Below, piece by piece: positions 58,532 through 64,000 of a stretch of DNA of 64,000 bases (the first letter of the stretch is position 1; each line of letters opens with the position of its first letter). Location: NCBI GenBank assembly GCA_964012805.1, contig CAXGUD010000002.1, forward strand, positions 96,001-160,000. Reading direction: 5' to 3'. Source of the stretch: an uncultured Bacteriovoracaceae bacterium (GTDB taxonomy: Bacteria > Bdellovibrionota > Bacteriovoracia > Bacteriovoracales > Bacteriovoracaceae). A program made the translations under genes and the position numbers. The notes beneath the pieces were generated by a model. The model did not search any database. It was not told the origin of the DNA and saw only the letters and a list, made by a program, of their open reading frames with translations.

Positions 58532-61500
58532 TTAACTTATAAATTTAATTAAAAATTGAGTTCCTTCACCAGGAACAGCAACAACCTTAAGCTCTGCACC
58601 CATTAATTCAATATTGCTTTTAACAACATCCATTCCTACGCCTCTACCAGATAACTCTGTGACGTCTTTTTTGGTACTAAGGTTTGGTAGAAAAATAAGG
58701 TTTATTTTCTCTTCAGAGTTCATTTTTTCAAGTTCCTCTTTGGTAATGAGTCCTTTTTCTAATGCCTTTTCTGCAATTAAATCCACATCGACCCCTGCTC
58801 CATCGTCATTAATTTCTATGTTTAATTTCTTTTCATTACTATAAGATAACTTTACTTCTATTAGGCCAAATTCATTTTTTCCCCGCATCGTTCTCACTTC
58901 AGGAGTTTCAATACCGTGATCAATAGAGTTTCTAACCAAATGGACTGCTGCATCCTTTAGTAGGTTTAATTTCTTTTTATCTAATGAGCCTTGCTCACCT
59001 TTTAACGTAAGTTTTATTTTTTTTCCAAGCCCCTTGGAAATTTCATTGGCCATATTCTTCAAATTCTTTAAAGAATACTTTACTGGATAGTTAGTTAACT
59101 CCTCCAAAAGTCCCTCAGTATTATCCCAATTTTTTTCTCCTTCTTGTTCAATATTTTCTTTTAAGATTGTTTTAAAATTAAGAAAGTTTTCCTTTAAAAC
59201 TTCAATTATTTCTGGTTTTAAATGATCGTCCACTTCATCTTCTAAATCATTATAGTTTTTTAAGACGGCCATTAGGTCAATACTTTCGGCGTAACCAAAA
59301 GCTATGGTTTCCTTTGTATTTACTATTTCAATAAGGCGGTTTAGTGTTTTATCATTTTTTAAGTTTAATCCTTCCAAAACATTAGAAGAATATTTTTCTT
59401 TTAACGCTGAAAAACACTCTTCAATGGAAAAATGTGATTTTTTATCTAAAATAAATTCCTCAAGAGAAAAGAAATTTCCTTCTTCTAGAGAGCTTATCAC
59501 TTTAATAAAATCTTCTTTTGAATCTAAGAAGTTCATTACTGATTTAAAAAAGGTCACAAGAAGAGGCTCTCCATATATTTCAATATTATTAAAAACTTTA
59601 TTTAAATTTATTTCCCATTCCTCGTTTCTTTCAAATTTTTGAATGTGTTCTATTAAAGGTCTTTGTAAATTGGGTGGAATATTTTTTTCTAGGTCAAATT
59701 GAATCAGAACTTTGAAAAACTTCCATATTCTTTCAAAGTATAGTTTAATGACGGATTTTTTCCGCTCATCATTTTCAGTAACAGGGTCATAAATTGATCT
59801 TATCATAAGAGGTATAAAATTTAAATTATAGGCCGTCGATTTAGAGTTTAAAGAAAAGAGAAGTTTTGCAACCTCCCCAGTATCCACTTTTTGATTTCTT
59901 AGGGTAATAATTTTTAAAAAATCATGAAAAATGTCAGTCCAATTTTCTGGCCTTAAATTAAGAGGTTTAAAATGAGATGAATCAAAAAATAGCTTTCTTG
60001 AATGAGAGATTACATCCTCTAAAGATACTTCCCACAAGTCTTGATAAGATTTTTCTTCTTTATCTATTCGCAAACTACAATCGAAAATTAATCCTTCCAA
60101 GGAATGAATTTTAGACGACATGTCCTTTAGGCCCATCGAACGAGTCAGACTTTTTACAGAGTGAAGGAATTTTTTTAAATGGCTTATTATTTGATCCTTT
60201 ATATCATTATCTAGCTCATCTAACTTTTCTAAAGTATTATAATTTCCATCTATTTTTCCAAAAATATAAACCTGACCCAACCAAAACTCAACTTCCTTCA
60301 TTAATTCGTGAAGCTCCGACTTAAACTCTGTATCATCTTCTGATTCAATATTAAAAATTTCTTTTGCTGTAACAAGGTAGTTATTAATCTGACCATTTAA
60401 TTCATAAAGACCTTCAAGGTTTTCGTTGAATTCCTCATTTGATAAGAACTCCACTCCCTCTTCTTTAAATTTATCCAATTTATTTTCGGCTTCATGGGCT
60501 ATTTTTGAAATAAGACTAAGACCATAAATACGAGCGTTTCCTTTTATCGTATGAAGATTTCTGTAAAAAACATTTAAATTTTCAATCTCTTTTCCAGAAG
60601 CATTGTTTTTTCTAGCATTTTTCCAAATTTGGATCGCCTCTTTAGAAAGTTTGTGATTAGATTGAAAAAAGCTTTGAAGCTCCTCTTTTTTACTTGAAGC
60701 AAGCTCCTGGATTATTTGTCCTTTTTTAGAGACCTCTTCTTTTTGCGCTTGCATTTCTTTCTCAAGTCTTTCAACCTCAGTAATATCTTCAATGATAAAC
60801 ATCAACTTAATAAATAATTGATTCTCATCATATAGTGGTGTGTAAGCAATTTTTAATGTTTTCGCCTCACTTTCATTTTCAAAATGTAAGGAAACTTTAT
60901 TAGGAAGATGGTCCCGCATAATAAGCCATTGCAATTCTTCAGCATCAAATATAGTTGAAAAAACTGTATGGATAATTCCATATTCCTCGGAAGCAGGATC
61001 CATATCTTTAAAAATATTTTCAAAAATATCAGTTCCGACAATATCCCTATTAAAAATTATCTTCGCGTACTCTGAAACAGGGGGAGCTACCTTATAAGTT
61101 GAGTCAATTGTAAATACAGCTTGTCGCATATTGTGAAGGAGGTCAGAAACTTCCTTTTCAGATTCAATGGCCCTATTTTTTTGATCGACCGCCTCTTTTG
61201 TTTGAATGGCCACTTCTTTAGTAAGGTCCTTGCTTAGCCTTTCTGCTGTCTTATATGCCTTTGAAAATTTTGTGGCAAGGATATAACTTTGAATAAATAT
61301 AAATGCAACAAAAGTAATAGGAGCTATAAAAGGAAGCTCAGGAATTTTATAAAGAACAAACATATCAAAAAGAAGGCCAGAAAAATACACAAAACAACCG
61401 AGAAGGCAAACTTTAGCGTAAGGAGCTTTATTAAAATAGGCTTTTATAAGTTTAAAAGAACTATAAATTATTGTAAAAAGAATGAGGAGGTGAAAATTTA

Positions 61501-62509
61501 TTGTAACAAATGACGTTGTAAAAATGAATGGACTAGTAAAAATAACAATCCCACTAAATACACAAGCAAAAATGCCCGCAAACTTAATCCATCTTGAGGC
61601 AAAGTAATTTCCAAAAATTGATTTTAGAAAACCTAAAAACAAGACTGGACCTATACAGAGTGTTAAGTATTCTAATTTTGAGTTTAAATAAAAAAGGAAG
61701 GTATTATCCTCTAAGTCTGCCAAAAAATAGGAAAGAGGAGTGACTCCCAACCTTATAAACATATTGAAGCAAAAAAGCCCAAACCATAAACTTCCATAAT
61801 CTTCTCTTCTTAATGAAAAGAGGCCAAAATGATAAAGTGCCATAATAAAAAGAATACCTAGAATCAAAAGATCCTTTTTCATATTCTTTTTGTTTTCCTC
61901 CATCATGCTTTTATATTCTCCAAGGAGGATTGGGTAAAAGACACCACCTGATCTATAGTGATAATTTGAAGAATGGATGAGAATATAATATTCATTTTTT
62001 ATATACTTGTAATAATTCAACGTTTTTTTAAAGGTTGGAATACTCTTTTCATACGATGTCCCAACTTTTCCTGCTGAAATTATTTTATCAACACTATTCC
62101 CTTCAATTTTGTAAAGAGAATAAGCAGTCGAAAAAGCAAACATTTCAATGCCAAGATCTTCTTTTCTAACTTTACTGCCAATAACTTTAAATAGGTAACT
62201 TCCATAACCTCTTTCAAAACTTTCGTTGGGAGCATCAATTTTTTGGGAAGTCCACAAAGTCGTAATGTCAAAGTCCCAGTCTTTGCCCGGGGGGCCTTTT
62301 TTGATAATTTCTTGAGGGTCAAGAAGCTTATTCCAATAGAAAGGAACTTTTCCACTTATTTTTATAGGACCCCTTTTCTTGAAGTCCCATTTGGATATAT
62401 CTAAAACTCCATTTTTAATTTTAGGCACCTCTATTCCAAAAGCTAGATTTTGACCTAAAATAAAAAAAAGAACCGTAAGGAGTTTCAAAAAAAGCTTTAT
62501 TATAATCAC
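58532..62509 (-). CDS. 7TM-DISM sensor + PAS-like + two HPt-like + CheA-type ATPase histidine kinase
   Basis: NGVLDIS.W..FYWNKLL, 7 TMs, RNLHTIKG, FLHSVKS, HLVRNSIDHG, SGRGVGMDVV. Confidence 0.87.
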   Translation of the reverse strand: MIIIKLFLKLLTVLFFILGQNLAFGIEVPKIKNGVLDISKWDFKKRGPIKISGKVPFYWNKLLDPQEIIKKGPPGKDWDFDITTLWTSQKIDAPNESFERGYGSYLFKVIGSKVRKEDLGIEMFAFSTAYSLYKIEGNSVDKIISAGKVGTSYEKSIPTFKKTLNYYKYIKNEYYILIHSSNYHYRSGGVFYPILLGEYKSMMEENKKNMKKDLLILGILFIMALYHFGLFSLRREDYGSLWFGLFCFNMFIRLGVTPLSYFLADLEDNTFLFYLNSKLEYLTLCIGPVLFLGFLKSIFGNYFASRWIKFAGIFACVFSGIVIFTSPFIFTTSFVTINFHLLILFTIIYSSFKLIKAYFNKAPYAKVCLLGCFVYFSGLLFDMFVLYKIPELPFIAPITFVAFIFIQSYILATKFSKAYKTAERLSKDLTKEVAIQTKEAVDQKNRAIESEKEVSDLLHNMRQAVFTIDSTYKVAPPVSEYAKIIFNRDIVGTDIFENIFKDMDPASEEYGIIHTVFSTIFDAEELQWLIMRDHLPNKVSLHFENESEAKTLKIAYTPLYDENQLFIKLMFIIEDITEVERLEKEMQAQKEEVSKKGQIIQELASSKKEELQSFFQSNHKLSKEAIQIWKNARKNNASGKEIENLNVFYRNLHTIKGNARIYGLSLISKIAHEAENKLDKFKEEGVEFLSNEEFNENLEGLYELNGQINNYLVTAKEIFNIESEDDTEFKSELHELMKEVEFWLGQVYIFGKIDGNYNTLEKLDELDNDIKDQIISHLKKFLHSVKSLTRSMGLKDMSSKIHSLEGLIFDCSLRIDKEEKSYQDLWEVSLEDVISHSRKLFFDSSHFKPLNLRPENWTDIFHDFLKIITLRNQKVDTGEVAKLLFSLNSKSTAYNLNFIPLMIRSIYDPVTENDERKKSVIKLYFERIWKFFKVLIQFDLEKNIPPNLQRPLIEHIQKFERNEEWEINLNKVFNNIEIYGEPLLVTFFKSVMNFLDSKEDFIKVISSLEEGNFFSLEEFILDKKSHFSIEECFSALKEKYSSNVLEGLNLKNDKTLNRLIEIVNTKETIAFGYAESIDLMAVLKNYNDLEDEVDDHLKPEIIEVLKENFLNFKTILKENIEQEGEKNWDNTEGLLEELTNYPVKYSLKNLKNMANEISKGLGKKIKLTLKGEQGSLDKKKLNLLKDAAVHLVRNSIDHGIETPEVRTMRGKNEFGLIEVKLSYSNEKKLNIEINDDGAGVDVDLIAEKALEKGLITKEELEKMNSEEKINLIFLPNLSTKKDVTELSGRGVGMDVVKSNIELMGAELKVVAVPGEGTQFLIKFIS

Positions 62510-62544
62510 AGTATTCCAGTTAAGATGGCTTTTCCTGACAAACT

Positions 62545-62572
62545 GGATCGGTTTTTAATTTCCAATTCTTTA
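62545..62572 (-). promoter_or_regulatory. Sigma-28-like promoter
   Basis: TAAA(G)-N16-ACCGATCC on the minus strand. Confidence 0.55.
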
Positions 62573-62868
62573 CCTTAATCTATAGAAGATGTTTATAAAT
62601 AAGTTTTTATTTTGAAAAAAGCTTTGCTTTAATAAAAAATAAAAAATTTTAGTTTAAAACAAACTTAAATTAAAAAAGACTTCCCTCGAATTCATTTCTT
62701 TTTTTAATTTTTAAAAGGGCTCACTGAAAAACGGATGAATCTTGCGCTACTAAGAGGTGTGGTGTATTCTAATTTCGTATTATCAAAATATTTATTGATA
62801 GATCAGGCTCCTTTTATAAAACAAATCTCCCCCGTTCACATTTGGACCAATTTAAAAAGGAATCCACC

Positions 62869-62970
62869 GTGAAACTAGCGACCTTTTCAACTGATGGAAC
62901 CCCTGAAATAGGAATCGTTAATGATAAAGGAGTTGTTCCCATTAAAAAAATTGATCCAAGCATAAATTAA
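62869..62970 (+). pseudogene. 33-codon stub resembling the N-terminus of a fumarylacetoacetate hydrolase family protein
   Basis: AAGGA RBS, GTG, MKLATFSTDGTPEIGIVNDKGVVPIKKIDPSIN*. Confidence 0.5.
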
Positions 62971-63105
62971 GCAAATCTCCAATAAAGCTATAAGGACTTT
63001 AAATTTATCGGACTCTTTTAACGTGAAGCAAATTTTCTCTTTCCAACTCTTACTTGCCGAGAAAAATATTTCTTGATACAAATAACTCTTTGAAATTAAC
63101 AAGGG

Positions 63106-64000
63106 ATGGCCATGAAAATTCCACTTTTTTTACTAGGCCTTTGTTGTCTTTTTCATTTGAAACCGGTCTTTGGATCCGGTTGGCTTCCCGAAGAAAGGAA
63201 GCTCTTGGAAAGTTACCGCCCCCCTATTACAGACCCCATTATCACCTCTATCAAATCTAATATAGCGAAGGTTCAACTCGACCTCCCTATAAAGAGGACC
63301 AATAAGATAAGAAAACATTTTATTCAAACCCCATACTTTAAATCTGGCAAAATTCCCTATCTACTGGGAGAAGAAAAGGGAGACCAACAAAAAAGACCGC
63401 TTCTTGTTTATCTTGGAGGTTCATTTTCAAAGCTCTTTTCACCTATAACCAAAAACTTTCATAAAAGATTTATCCGTCTAGGCTACAGAGTTATCTCCTT
63501 TGAAAACTTTATTTGTGATTGTTCTGTTAAGAGGTCCCCCTCAATTTCCTATTTTCGATTTCAAAGCTCAAGGGGTCGTTTATTATGAAGCGATAAAAGC
63601 CGTTTATCTAGACTTGGTCAGACAAGGAAAAGTAACGAAAGATGTTACCCTCTTAGGTCAAAGCTACGGTGGCTTTTTGGGGTCCATTATTTTTGCCGTT
63701 GACTCCGAAAAAAAAACACCCCTCTTTAATAAGGGGCTTCAAGCTTACTCACCACCCTTTGACTTTGTTAAGACCTTTAAAAAATTAGATGATTTACTAA
63801 AAGAAGCAAAAAAAGACGAGACTTTCGGAAATGTCCCAAGCTATCTTTTGACCGCCCTTCAAATTAATAGACTGGAAACTGACAAGGATGTGACTCAAAG
63901 AATTAAAGACAAATCTTTGGGACTCTTTACAGATTATGGCCTCAAAAAAAAGTTGGAAAGAACCCTTGTCGCCTTTAATGACAACGTTAAAGACCTAGGA
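63106..64000 (+). pseudogene. Exported alpha/beta hydrolase split by a +1 frameshift (runs off the window)
   Basis: First frame gives signal peptide, RPLLVYLGG, GYRVISF; the +1 frame is open from 63482 to the end and contains GQSYGG. Confidence 0.7.

Noticed and set aside
62887..63327. Track ORFs at 62887, 63054 and 63133
   Set aside because: They overlap better-supported features and have no motifs

Overview
AT-rich bacterial chromosomal window, most consistent (inference) with a Bdellovibrionota/Bacteriovoracaceae-like organism. Housekeeping and nutrition genes: aapJQMP amino-acid ABC importer, CtlX-like amidinotransferase, modABC, speB-speA, 2-oxoacid:ferredoxin oxidoreductase, gap, psd, an RND permease, a heterodimeric ABC exporter, SpoIID, beta-propeller phytase, di-heme peroxidase and a pseudoazurin. 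These are interleaved with many signalling genes: three 7TM-DISM/HPt/CheA-type kinases without CheW, two paralogous hybrid kinases, a REC-PAS-MerR(CarH-like) chimera and two stand-alone receivers. No rRNA, tRNA, CRISPR or mobile element was recognised. Best leads: (1) a tandem-DUF1538 membrane protein coupled to a single-chain triple P-II protein; (2) a secreted eukaryote-type inositol polyphosphate 5-phosphatase-like protein; (3) a recurring sigma-28-like promoter before the signalling genes; (4) items missing from the ORF track, namely a decayed 2Fe-2S gene, an FAH stub, a frameshifted hydrolase, a 48-aa ORF and a probable ATT start codon. All family calls come from motif recognition by eye, not database searches.
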